DNA of 64,000 bases from Gammaproteobacteria bacterium (GTDB lineage Bacteria > Pseudomonadota > Gammaproteobacteria > CBDBNL01 > JAAOII01). Each line of letters begins with the position of its first letter. Position 1 is the first letter of the stretch. Below the pieces are notes generated by a model. That model saw nothing but the letters and a program-made list of their open reading frames with translations. It had not been told where the DNA came from and did no database searches. The position numbers and the translations under genes were made by a program. The DNA is taken from positions 1,152,001-1,216,000 of the forward strand of contig OZ242372.1 of the NCBI GenBank assembly GCA_965209035.1, read 5' to 3'. This document shows, piece after piece, positions 54,999 through 64,000 of this stretch.

Positions 54999-55361
54999 AA
55001 TTTATTTTTGTAATTGTGAATTAATAATAAAGTTCCCTAAATAAGGAATAGTAATAGTATATCATATTTCGCCGGCTATTTTGTATGATTGTATGATCCC
55101 ACCCATTTCCGGATTTGTGTTGTTTTTGCAAAAACCGGATCGGCGAGAGTTGTTGAGGGAAAAACGCGTATCAGCCGGCATAAAGAACCCGGGTGCCTGC
55201 CAATAGATTTCGAATAACAGATGAGAGGCAGAGGCTAAGAATAAGTTGGAAGTTGGGCGGGCAGTCGCCTTATTTGTCGTGCTCTGCCTCGCCCTGTCCC
55301 GCCCCGAGCTGCCGGTCCGTTCCGGGGCTTCCCTCTTGCCGACCTCTCTTACCGGCCCTTC

Positions 55362-58199
55362 TTACCGGTCTTGTGCCGAGAGGCCGCCCGGCAGGCAATT
55401 CAGAGCCGGGTATTGTGTGCTGTTACCGAGATCCCAGACGCGGATGAAACCAGGCGGTTGGGAAGAACTTGTCATTTCCTCGCCGGTGTTCGGGTTGCAC
55501 CAAGCATTGCCCCAGTCGACATAGATTCCCGTGAACTCGGTCGGCGATTGCAATGCTGTCGTGCTATGACCCTCGCCCAAATCACTGGCACTCATAGACT
55601 GCATGGTGGTTTGATTGTCCCAGTAGGAAGCAATGACATCGGTGACAGGATTGGCTCTGCCGATCAATCCACCGACAGCACCGGAACCTGAAACAAGCCC
55701 GGGGGCGGCATAAGAATAATTAATTTGAGCTCCTCCCCCCTGCCCAACCAGGCCGCCAACATTCGATCCGGTTCCCTTAACACTTCCACCGGACACAGCA
55801 GCATAGCGAATATCCGCAGTCCTACCGTCCCCAACCAGGCCGCCAACAATATTACTCCCGGAAACATTCACACCGGACACGGACGCATAGCGAATATCCG
55901 CATCCTGACCAAGCCCAACCAGGCCGCCAACAGCATTACTCCCGGAAACATTCACACCGGACACGGACGCATAGCGAATATCCGCATCCGGACCAAGCCC
56001 AACCAGGCCGCCAACATAAAAACTCCCCCCGGAAACATCCACACCGGACACGGACGTATAGCGAATATCCGCATCCTCACCAAGCCCAACCAGGCCGCCA
56101 GCAATACTCCCGGCAACACTCACACCGGACACGGACGCATTGCGAATATCCGCAGTCCTACCGTCCCCAACCAGGCCGCCAGCAGCATTACTGCCGGTAA
56201 CACTTCCGCCGGACACGGACGCATAGCGAATATCCGCATTAAGCCCCTGCCCAACCAGGCCGCCAGCAGAAGAGCGCGCCCCGGAAACAACTCCGCCGGA
56301 TACGACGGCATAGCGAATTGTAGTATTCTGACCATTCCCAACCAGGCCGCCAACAGCAAAAATCCCGGCAACACTCACACCGGACACGGACGCATTGCGA
56401 ATATCCGCATTCTCACCGTCCCCAACCAGGCCGCCAGCACTCCCGCGAGGAACACCCTCGGAAACACTCCTGGAAACACTTCCGCCGGACACGGACGCAT
56501 TGCGAATAGACGCATTCCTACCATTCCCAACCAGGCCGCCCACATCCACATCAGTGGCACCGCCACTGACATTTGCATTCCGGAGATGCAGATTTTGGAT
56601 ATCGCCGGTTAAGGCACCAAACAACCCCACTCCATAGGTAGTATTGCTCGCAGAGATGAACAGATCGGCAATACGATAACCGCCGCCGTCGAAGATGCCG
56701 GTATAAGAGGTGCAATTATCCGCTGATGAACAGGAGCCGATCGGCTGCCAACCGCTGCCGGTCGTCCAGACAGCCCGGTTGCCACTGCCCGCGGCATAGG
56801 AAGCATCATCACTAAAATTGAACGAGCGAGTTAATTCATAACCCACACAGCCGCCGTCATCGTCATCCGGGCAGCCCATAGAATCCACAGAGGTGATCTC
56901 GAGGATACGGCCATCATCCGCCCCATCGCCGTTCAGATCATCGCGCAGCCGCGCCAAGTCATCCAAAGTATGGATTTCTATCAAGCTATTATTATTGTCA
57001 TCCACATCCTCTGTCAAGGTAGTATTCACACCAGTCCTGCAGCCGGCAGATAATCTGTCCGGTGCTCCGTCTCCATCCGTGTCGGTGCTCGCACAGGCAT
57101 CTGTCCGGAACGCATCGTCCGTATCCGCCACGCCATCATTGTCATCGTCCAAATCCTCGTTGCTGTCATCGCGACAGCCATCGCGATCATTGTCCGTAGA
57201 TGCATTGGAAGTCCAGCCGGTAACACCGGTCGGACAAGTATCCATACTGTCTTCCAGGCCATCATTGTCATCGTCACCATCACAGGCATCACCGCCGTCG
57301 TCCGCATTGTCCGTATTGATTTGATTCAAATTGGCAACCAACGGACAATTATCGCCCGTATCCGCCACGCCGTCATTGTCATCGTCCGGATCTTCTATTA
57401 AGGTGGTATTCACGCCGGTCCTGCAGACGGCAGATAATCTGTCCGGATTGCCGTCCTCATCCGTATCGGTACTCGCACAGGCATCTGTCCGGAACGCATC
57501 TTCCGTATCCGCCACGCCATCATTGTCATCGTCATCATCACAGGCATCACCGCCGTCATCCGCATTGTCCGTGTTGGCTTGGTCCGCATTGGCAACCAAC
57601 GGACAATTATCGATATTATTATCCTCACGGTCATCGTCAATATCTGTGCCTACACCCGCTCCCGTTCCCGTTGTACTTGACACAGGAGGTGAGGTCACGA
57701 TAATGCCGCTCTCATAACGCACCCCAATCGTGATGTGATAGGTGATGTTATTGGTTAAGTCCGTAATGTTGTAGATGACCCGAGCACGCGGCGCAACATT
57801 GACAGAATTAAGTTCTGTTGTGCCGCCAACGCTCGCATTGTCACGGCGTGTGGTAATAACGAACCCGGTGATATTCATCCGGTTCGGATTAGTCCAACCC
57901 ACGAGAATATAATCCTCACCGGCCAGAGTCTGGATATTGGAAACAACCTGGGAATTCTGAGTGCCGCCACCGATGCTGCCGCTGCCGTTGCCGCCACAAC
58001 TTGTCAGGACCAAACCGAGCATACCCGCCAGCAGCACACCGTAAAAACGAGCCGGTATGCGCATCCGTCGTGCCCTATTGGGTTCGGGAAAAGCCTTAAA
58101 TGTATTAAAAGTATTAAGGAGACGCACAGATACCGTGCCTCTTTGTTCGCGGCACATTGCTTTCGCCGACCGCACAGGAAAAAAGTGTAACTGATTCAT
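55362..58199 (-). CDS. FN3/TSP3/GLUG-repeat lipoprotein, array member E (11 repeats)
   Basis: Lipobox VLTSC; FN3-like ILVGWTNPN; expanded DNCP/DACD Asp-rich repeats; C-terminal half shared with A-D. Confidence 0.92.
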   Translation of the reverse strand: MNQLHFFPVRSAKAMCREQRGTVSVRLLNTFNTFKAFPEPNRARRMRIPARFYGVLLAGMLGLVLTSCGGNGSGSIGGGTQNSQVVSNIQTLAGEDYILVGWTNPNRMNITGFVITTRRDNASVGGTTELNSVNVAPRARVIYNITDLTNNITYHITIGVRYESGIIVTSPPVSSTTGTGAGVGTDIDDDREDNNIDNCPLVANADQANTDNADDGGDACDDDDDNDGVADTEDAFRTDACASTDTDEDGNPDRLSAVCRTGVNTTLIEDPDDDNDGVADTGDNCPLVANLNQINTDNADDGGDACDGDDDNDGLEDSMDTCPTGVTGWTSNASTDNDRDGCRDDSNEDLDDDNDGVADTDDAFRTDACASTDTDGDGAPDRLSAGCRTGVNTTLTEDVDDNNNSLIEIHTLDDLARLRDDLNGDGADDGRILEITSVDSMGCPDDDDGGCVGYELTRSFNFSDDASYAAGSGNRAVWTTGSGWQPIGSCSSADNCTSYTGIFDGGGYRIADLFISASNTTYGVGLFGALTGDIQNLHLRNANVSGGATDVDVGGLVGNGRNASIRNASVSGGSVSRSVSEGVPRGSAGGLVGDGENADIRNASVSGVSVAGIFAVGGLVGNGQNTTIRYAVVSGGVVSGARSSAGGLVGQGLNADIRYASVSGGSVTGSNAAGGLVGDGRTADIRNASVSGVSVAGSIAGGLVGLGEDADIRYTSVSGVDVSGGSFYVGGLVGLGPDADIRYASVSGVNVSGSNAVGGLVGLGQDADIRYASVSGVNVSGSNIVGGLVGDGRTADIRYAAVSGGSVKGTGSNVGGLVGQGGGAQINYSYAAPGLVSGSGAVGGLIGRANPVTDVIASYWDNQTTMQSMSASDLGEGHSTTALQSPTEFTGIYVDWGNAWCNPNTGEEMTSSSQPPGFIRVWDLGNSTQYPALNCLPGGLSAQDR

Positions 58200-58538
58200 T
58201 ATTTTCTATTGTTTATTATTGTTTTCTGTCATGATTAATATTAATTTTTTTGAGCATCAGTCAACCATTATTATAACCTTAATTTCCAAAATTATGCAGT
58301 ATTGTGTATAATCCGGATTTTTGTTGTTTTTGTAAAAAGTTGCATATATGCCTTTCTAACATACATAGGCGGAAAAACCGTATTTCTGAGACATCATGTT
58401 TTTTCGTTATATTCTGTTTGTAGTTTCCTTAAACGGATATCAAAAAACTCAAAAAATTGATGCAGATTTTTTGTTTCTTGCAAACTTAAAATATCGCTGC
58501 CTTTAAATAAGGTTTGAAAGAGCGAATACGGACAAGGC

Positions 58539-59486
58539 TTATAAACGAATATACTCTTGCACGATATCACCTTTCCGAAAGCCGGGGATGCAGGTTGTAT
58601 TTTTCAGTGCCAGTTTGTTGTAATCAATTTCTTTATATAAGCGTTCGTATGCCGAGTCGGTGCGGGACTTAAAAAGGATCCATTGCTTATGTTTTTCGCA
58701 TTTATTTTTGTCGGTTTCTCTTCTGTCGTAATCTTGCCAGCCCTGGCTGGGCACGGCAAAATCAAAGTCATTATTAAAAACCTTTAAGGCTGCCGGGGTG
58801 TTGTTATATTGCCACATACTGAAATCCCGATGGCTGATGGGCGGCGGGGCAAACAGACGCTTGTTGGTGTATTCGCTGTCCGTGCGCGTCCATATCTGAA
58901 ATTCCGTATTAACCGCATATGTTTTTTTGTTACCCAGGCGAAAGGCGTCTCTCGGCAGCTCTCTTGTGCTGATCCATTTGAATTCCGGCGACAGATGTTT
59001 ATGAACGAAAAACTTTCTGAAGATGACGGGAACTATGAAAGCGATGGTATCCGCCAAAACACTCGCCTTGTTGAAAAAACGAATGGCAAGATTGCCGCGC
59101 TTTCCAAAAGGAGGGTTGCCGATGACTACCGTCTGCCGGCGATCATAAGAAACGGAACGATGATCCCAGGTCAAGAAGTCCTCGCCGATAAATTCCTTGC
59201 GCCTTGGTTCCAGATCTATGCCAATTTTTTTAGGGGGGAGTAAATCATAAAAAACACCGTCGCCGACACTTGGTTCTATGAAGAACAGGTCGCGGGTATC
59301 TTGCCCCGATATTTTTTCGAGAACGGGGGACAGATGTTGCCGGCATAAAAGAGCGATATGGTGTTTCGTAAAAAACTGGTCCAGTTGTTTGCTGTGATTT
59401 ATGTTTGTTGGCACGGCGGGTTTTGTGCGAATGTCGGTTGTCGTCATTGAATTCGTGTTCAAATGCTTTGTGTTAACTTGTATCAT
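58539..59486 (-). CDS. Probable N6-adenine DNA methyltransferase (gamma-type motif order)
   Basis: LDQFFTK, then SAM motif FIEPSVGDGVF, then catalytic VIGNPPFG. Confidence 0.82.
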   Translation of the reverse strand: MIQVNTKHLNTNSMTTTDIRTKPAVPTNINHSKQLDQFFTKHHIALLCRQHLSPVLEKISGQDTRDLFFIEPSVGDGVFYDLLPPKKIGIDLEPRRKEFIGEDFLTWDHRSVSYDRRQTVVIGNPPFGKRGNLAIRFFNKASVLADTIAFIVPVIFRKFFVHKHLSPEFKWISTRELPRDAFRLGNKKTYAVNTEFQIWTRTDSEYTNKRLFAPPPISHRDFSMWQYNNTPAALKVFNNDFDFAVPSQGWQDYDRRETDKNKCEKHKQWILFKSRTDSAYERLYKEIDYNKLALKNTTCIPGFRKGDIVQEYIRL

Positions 59487-59664
59487 TAATGATAAGTAAA
59501 TTATAATACTTTAATCCATATTTTCTTATGTTCGTTCGCATTGCTCTTGCCATGACGGGTGTTGTGGGTGTGTGCAATGCATAACGGGTGCCCGGCAAGG
59601 TAAAAAAACAGATTCTGTGGGCGGTTTGGGCTTGCGGGCGATTTGGCACGGCAGAGAGGGGGAT

Positions 59665-59693
59665 ACACCTCTGTTTTGCGTATATTAAATAAG
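59665..59693 (+). repeat. 29-bp direct repeat, left copy
   Basis: ACACCTCTGTTTTGCGTATATTAAATAAG, identical at 61729-61757. Confidence 0.95.
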
Positions 59694-59788
59694 GATGTTC
59701 GGCGGATCTTTGGGTTATTGATCGCAACACTTTGCGATGTATTTTTTGATATAATTAAAACATATGAATTACAAAATCTGATCAGGAG

Positions 59789-61159
59789 ATGCACAATAAA
59801 GCGGAGGGCAAGATGCCTTACAAGGAATTTAATAAAATGAATCCGGAATTACCGATGTCGCAACTATCGACAAACTATTTGGAAACTATTTTTGCAATTA
59901 GTGCCAAGTACTTGGATAAGGTGTTGTCCCGGGAGGAACAACAGATATTAAAAAGCAGATGTCATTATTTAACCGATAGGCCTACAACACAAATTGTTAA
60001 AGGGTTTTTGGATGCATATCGGCAGATGATTAAACAACAACATCAAAGAGAATATAAGTCGGCCAATCAACAACTGGATGCATTTTTACATACGCCTAAT
60101 AAAAACATAAAAGTTGTTTGGGGCAATTGTTTGGATGCCCTCAATGCGATGCATTCGGAGAGTGTACATCTCATGGTTACATCTCCGCCTTACTATAACG
60201 CAAGACAGTATTCACAATGGGGAAACCTAAATGCATATCTGCAAGATATGTCCGAAATTATAAAAGCAGCTTACCGAGTTCTGGATAACCACCGAGCATT
60301 TGTATTTAATGTCGGCGATATCACCGGAAATGATCATGCGCATACAAAATCTTCTTGGGGGGACAGAAGAATACCTTTGGGAGCATACTTCATCAATATA
60401 TTTGAAAAGGCGGGCTTTACATTTGTGGATGATTTCATTTGGGATAAAGGTGAGGTTCAATCTCAAAGACATAAAAACGGAGACACTCCAAATCCTATGT
60501 ATCAGTATCCGTTAAATTGCTATGAACATATTATGGTTTTTCTAAAACACAGAAAAGATGAGACGATCTATCCTTGTCCTGTTTGCGGTTGTTTGAAGGT
60601 TAATGGAAATGCTTATTGTGGCGTAGGAGTTAAATCGTGGGAATGTAAAAACCTTAAGTGCTTTGAAAGATCCAAATCAAATCGCGGGAAGAGATTTTCA
60701 TTAAGAAGTATTATGATGGATGAACTAAAAAATAACATGATTGACCCGGAATTTATAAAGAAATGGCGAAGAGACATAGTAAGAATGAACCCCACCATTA
60801 AGATTAACAGTAAAGGCGAAAATATAATCGGGCATACCGCACCTTTCCCGCATGAGTTGGCAGAGTTTGCCATTAAGTTTTTTTCGGGCATCGGCGAAAG
60901 CGTGCTGGACCCCTTTGCGGGTAGCTTTACTACTGCCATTGAAGCGGCCCGAAACGAAAGAAACGGAATAGGCATAGAATTAAACAAGGAAATGTTTTAT
61001 AATGCCATAGTTAAGAATATAAAAAAATGCTTATTTAACTATGAAGAATATGACCTCAACAAAAAACACAAAATCCAAGGACACCAAGAGAATAATCGGG
61101 CTATACGGAGAGATGCTGTTGGCAATGGAATTGCACAAAAAGGGATGGCAAGTATATAG
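59789..61159 (+). CDS. Beta-class N4C/N6A DNA methyltransferase with a Cys-rich insertion
   Basis: Motifs TSPPY, HTAPFP and VLDPFAGS; CPVCGC...CKNLKC inside the putative target-recognition region. Low GC. Confidence 0.9.
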   Translation: MHNKAEGKMPYKEFNKMNPELPMSQLSTNYLETIFAISAKYLDKVLSREEQQILKSRCHYLTDRPTTQIVKGFLDAYRQMIKQQHQREYKSANQQLDAFLHTPNKNIKVVWGNCLDALNAMHSESVHLMVTSPPYYNARQYSQWGNLNAYLQDMSEIIKAAYRVLDNHRAFVFNVGDITGNDHAHTKSSWGDRRIPLGAYFINIFEKAGFTFVDDFIWDKGEVQSQRHKNGDTPNPMYQYPLNCYEHIMVFLKHRKDETIYPCPVCGCLKVNGNAYCGVGVKSWECKNLKCFERSKSNRGKRFSLRSIMMDELKNNMIDPEFIKKWRRDIVRMNPTIKINSKGENIIGHTAPFPHELAEFAIKFFSGIGESVLDPFAGSFTTAIEAARNERNGIGIELNKEMFYNAIVKNIKKCLFNYEEYDLNKKHKIQGHQENNRAIRRDAVGNGIAQKGMASI

Positions 61160-61655
61160 AGCTTATATAGATGAAAATGTAGATTTTGTTATAGCAAAGT
61201 ATTATTGCAAAAAATGTAAAAAGACAACTAAACTGCATAAACATACCGACAAATGTGATACTTGCGGAGAAGGGAAAGTAGATTTTTTTGTTAGGTTTAT
61301 ACAGGTTAAGACATCGGAAGGAGTTCCTCATTGCAAGGAAGGGGTTAGAAGCTATAGTTTTCATGCAAAGTTAAGAAGTAACATAGGCAAGAACAGTTTT
61401 TATGCTTGGATAGCAGTTACGGAAGACAAAGAAGGTAATAAAATGCCTCATTTTTATATATTCCATCATACTGAGATCAATAAATTTGATAATTTATCTC
61501 TCCCCAGTTACCGGATAACGGATAACCAAAAAACAACATTACATATACGTTATGATGGCTCTGTTTTAAATAAGGGAATAAAATATTCTTACGATTGTTT
61601 TAAAGAATTTCATAACAATTTTGACAAGTTAGAAAACCGGAAAGCCAAAAGATAG
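61041..61655 (+). CDS. Putative PD-(D/E)XK restriction endonuclease with zinc ribbon
   Basis: GLYGE...VDFV...FIQVKT motif pattern interrupted by CKKC...CDTC; overlaps the methyltransferase gene. Confidence 0.7.
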   Translation: MKNMTSTKNTKSKDTKRIIGLYGEMLLAMELHKKGWQVYRAYIDENVDFVIAKYYCKKCKKTTKLHKHTDKCDTCGEGKVDFFVRFIQVKTSEGVPHCKEGVRSYSFHAKLRSNIGKNSFYAWIAVTEDKEGNKMPHFYIFHHTEINKFDNLSLPSYRITDNQKTTLHIRYDGSVLNKGIKYSYDCFKEFHNNFDKLENRKAKR

Positions 61656-61728
61656 AGTTATCATTCCAATTTAAGCCGCTCTTAAGTAGCCGTTAATTCT
61701 TGTTATCCGCAAAGCAGATAGGGGAAAA

Positions 61729-61757
61729 ACACCTCTGTTTTGCGTATATTAAATAAG
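61729..61757 (+). repeat. 29-bp direct repeat, right copy
   Basis: Identical to 59665-59693. Confidence 0.95.
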
Positions 61758-61869
61758 AAGGCGGAAATAAATTCGGCATTGTAATTAAAAATGATTAAAG
61801 AATTAAAAAAGAATGATTGGCAAAAGTATTAAAAAAATTATTAAAAATTAAAGTTGCACAGTAAATAAA

Positions 61870-62823
61870 ATGAGTATCGCGATAGGACCGGGGTCGTTTT
61901 TTGAAGGCGGGTTTGGCGGCTTGGCTCGGTTTTGGACGAGCGAGGCCGGTCGGTTGCGTCTGCTCGGTTGGTTGCCGGTGGTTTTGTTGTTGGTGAGTGG
62001 CTGGGCGGCCGCCCAACTCACATGGCAAGTGACGATGTATCTTGCTCCCACACAGGCAATGACCGAGGACCTGTTTGAGCCACCCACATACAAGGAGCAA
62101 TCGCTGCCGGATTCTTTTTGGAAGTGGAGCGGCTGGACGGATTTGTATGCAAAACCGCCGCCGACCCCGCAAAAAAAGATTGATTTGAAGGTTGTGGTGA
62201 ACGGGATTTTGGGCTACGGCGATGCCGGCTCGGCGATGCTTAAAGTGGGGAAAAAGAGGTCGGCATCTCTTTATTTTGTCGGGGATAACCTGGGCAGCGG
62301 TGTTATTTTGGAAGAGGTGGCGATTAATACTGTCAAGTTACGCAAGGGCTCGCTGACCAAGACAGTGAAGCTGGAAACCAAGGGGAGTGATTTGTTTTTG
62401 GAGGTTGCGCCGGTGCCCAAACCTGCGGAACCTTCCGTTCCTGTTCCGGATGCGGTGCGCCGTGAGACACAAAACGATGTTGTGATTTTCCCCGAGAAGC
62501 TGCGCCCGGAGGTGCGCGAACAATTGGAGTCTATCGGCCAACAGGCGCAAAAAGACCCGACCAGTTTGGCAAAGGATTTTTCTTTGGACGCGGTTAATCG
62601 CGACGGCTCCGTTATCGGTTACCGACTTCGGTACAATTTGGATCCGGCACTTTTGTTGTCTTTGGGGCTTAGACCGACGGATATCGTGTTGGAAGTTAAC
62701 GGCATTCCCGTTGAGCAGATTACGGGCAACCCCGCCACCATGGCATCTCTGCTGGGCCTTAAGGAATATGATGTGCGTATAGAACGCAACGGTCGCCCCC
62801 AAAACCTGGTGATCCGCCCCTAG
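61870..62823 (+). CDS. gspC: Type II secretion system protein C
   Basis: N-terminal TM, HR-like domain and C-terminal PDZ (GYRL...LGLRPTDIVLEVNG); precedes a secretin. Confidence 0.85.
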   Translation: MSIAIGPGSFFEGGFGGLARFWTSEAGRLRLLGWLPVVLLLVSGWAAAQLTWQVTMYLAPTQAMTEDLFEPPTYKEQSLPDSFWKWSGWTDLYAKPPPTPQKKIDLKVVVNGILGYGDAGSAMLKVGKKRSASLYFVGDNLGSGVILEEVAINTVKLRKGSLTKTVKLETKGSDLFLEVAPVPKPAEPSVPVPDAVRRETQNDVVIFPEKLRPEVREQLESIGQQAQKDPTSLAKDFSLDAVNRDGSVIGYRLRYNLDPALLLSLGLRPTDIVLEVNGIPVEQITGNPATMASLLGLKEYDVRIERNGRPQNLVIRP

Positions 62824-62855
62824 TCTATAGAGTCCATCGAGTCGGAATACGGAAC

Positions 62856-64000
62856 ATGTTTGCAAGGGTTTTCTCCGGTCAGGAGATTTTTCGTTTTGGG
62901 GGGTCTTGTTTGCTGTCGGTTGTGTTGGTGTTGTCGCCTGTTTCGGTTTATGCGAGCAATCACGATACCGCTTCGGTGAGTACTAGTGGGGAAGGTTTTC
63001 TTTCGTTGAATTTTCGCGATGTGGATATTCGTCAGTTCATAGAAAGTGTTTCCAAACTGACCAAGCGAAACTTTTTGATAGACAGCCGTGTTAAGGGTCG
63101 GGTTACGATCATTGCCGCCGAGCCCATTAGCAAAGAAGATCTTTACGATGTGATGCTTTCGGTGCTGCATTTTTACGGCTTTGCCGCCATCCCGGACGGG
63201 AGTATTACCAAGATTGTTACGGCGGCGGATGCGCCGCGTTTTCCGGCGTCCGAGGAGGAGAAGGAGCGTCACGCTTTTATTACCGAAGTGGTCAAGGTGA
63301 ATAACTTAAATGTGGCGGAATTAATTAAGGTGATTCGGCCGATGCTGTCGAAGCGGGCGACAGTGACCTCTTTGCCGAAGGGGGACAGCGTGGTGATTTC
63401 CGATACACAAAACAACTTGGCGCGGATCAAGGAAGTGATTAAGCGCGTGGATGTGGTGGGCATTTTTGATTATGAGGTGATCTCCGTGGAACATGCGCCG
63501 GTGGATTCGCTGATCGGGATGATCAACAACATTTACAAAAACAACAACAAGGCATTGAAACTGAATCTTCAAGCGGACAAGCGGACAAACCGTTTGATTG
63601 TCAGCGGCAGTGCCGAGGTGCGTCGAGCCGTTCGTTCCCTGGTGCGTTCTTTGGATACGCCGCTTACCAGCAGTGCAAACATTAAAGTGATTTATCTGCG
63701 TTATGCGGATGCCCAGAACCTGGCAAACATTTTGACGCGTCTGACTTCTTCGGATGCTTTTAAATCTGTGGCGGCCGCCGCGGGGCCGTCCGCCGCGGAG
63801 ACGCCCGCCGCTCAATCGACACAGCAGCCGACAACCCAACAGAATCAGCGGCAGACTCAACAACAGAAACAAGCCGCCACGGCCGCCGCAAATAAGGCAA
63901 GTTCGACAGGCTCCGCCGAGGTCAAGTCGGGTATTCAGGCGGATGTGGCATTAAATGCGCTGATCATTAGCGGTGGCGGAAACTTTATCTCCGCGGTGGA
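62856..64000 (+). CDS. gspD: Type II secretion secretin GspD (runs off the window)
   Basis: Manual translation from ATG 62856 gives a signal peptide, then LNFRDVDIRQFIESVSKLTKRNFLIDSRVKGRVTI, ADKRTNRLIVSG and VIYLRYADA. Confidence 0.93.
   Translation, partial: MFARVFSGQEIFRFGGSCLLSVVLVLSPVSVYASNHDTASVSTSGEGFLSLNFRDVDIRQFIESVSKLTKRNFLIDSRVKGRVTIIAAEPISKEDLYDVMLSVLHFYGFAAIPDGSITKIVTAADAPRFPASEEEKERHAFITEVVKVNNLNVAELIKVIRPMLSKRATVTSLPKGDSVVISDTQNNLARIKEVIKRVDVVGIFDYEVISVEHAPVDSLIGMINNIYKNNNKALKLNLQADKRTNRLIVSGSAEVRRAVRSLVRSLDTPLTSSANIKVIYLRYADAQNLANILTRLTSSDAFKSVAAAAGPSAAETPAAQSTQQPTTQQNQRQTQQQKQAATAAANKASSTGSAEVKSGIQADVALNALIISGGGNFISAV

Larger units (their letters stand above)
46326..58339 (-). 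repeat. Tandem gene-cassette array with a shared intergenic module containing an IS481 right end
   Basis: IS right-end sequence at 46326 (partial), 48484, 50501, 52706, 55090 and 58305 (degenerate). All but the last are followed by the same ~200-bp segment. Confidence 0.92.

Noticed and set aside
46933-56612. Repetitive plus-strand ORFs (PNQAAN...GHGRIANIRI)
   Set aside because: They are antisense shadows of the GLUG-repeat genes.
46561-58199. Diversity-generating retroelement, integron or shufflon explaining the lipoprotein variation
   Set aside because: No reverse transcriptase or tyrosine recombinase is present in the window, no attC-like sites or inverted cassettes were seen, and variation is dominated by whole-repeat gain, loss and block swaps.

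Overview
This window looks like the origin-proximal region of a divergent, probably host-associated Gammaproteobacterium. The taxon is inferred from the gene orders lptM-lysA, dnaA-dnaN-recF-gyrB, hisS-yfgM-bamB-der and gspC-gspD. Housekeeping genes (hemB, nhaA, a CNNM/CorB protein, sbcB, a DegS/DegQ-like protease, bioY, polA, thrB, panB, alaS) are interleaved with an unusually high density of tandem duplications. The main signals are: (1) a ~3.2 kb satellite directly after gyrB, made of 8 units of ~345-465 bp and carrying 11 consensus parS palindromes plus 9 variant palindromes; (2) eight paralogous lipoprotein genes with TSP3-like and GLUG repeats, five of them in a tandem array with variable repeat number and shuffled sequence blocks, each preceded by a remnant of an IS481 right end; (3) three full IS481-family copies, two forming an abutted dimer, with a split 5-bp target duplication that records an IS-mediated inversion through one lipoprotein gene; (4) a G12 tract that leaves another paralog out of frame; (5) a methyltransferase-nuclease module bounded by 29-bp direct repeats; and (6) a putative oriC with no canonical DnaA box, next to a DnaA with altered DNA-recognition residues. 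All annotations were made by eye with no database searches, and some single-base frameshifts could be sequencing errors.
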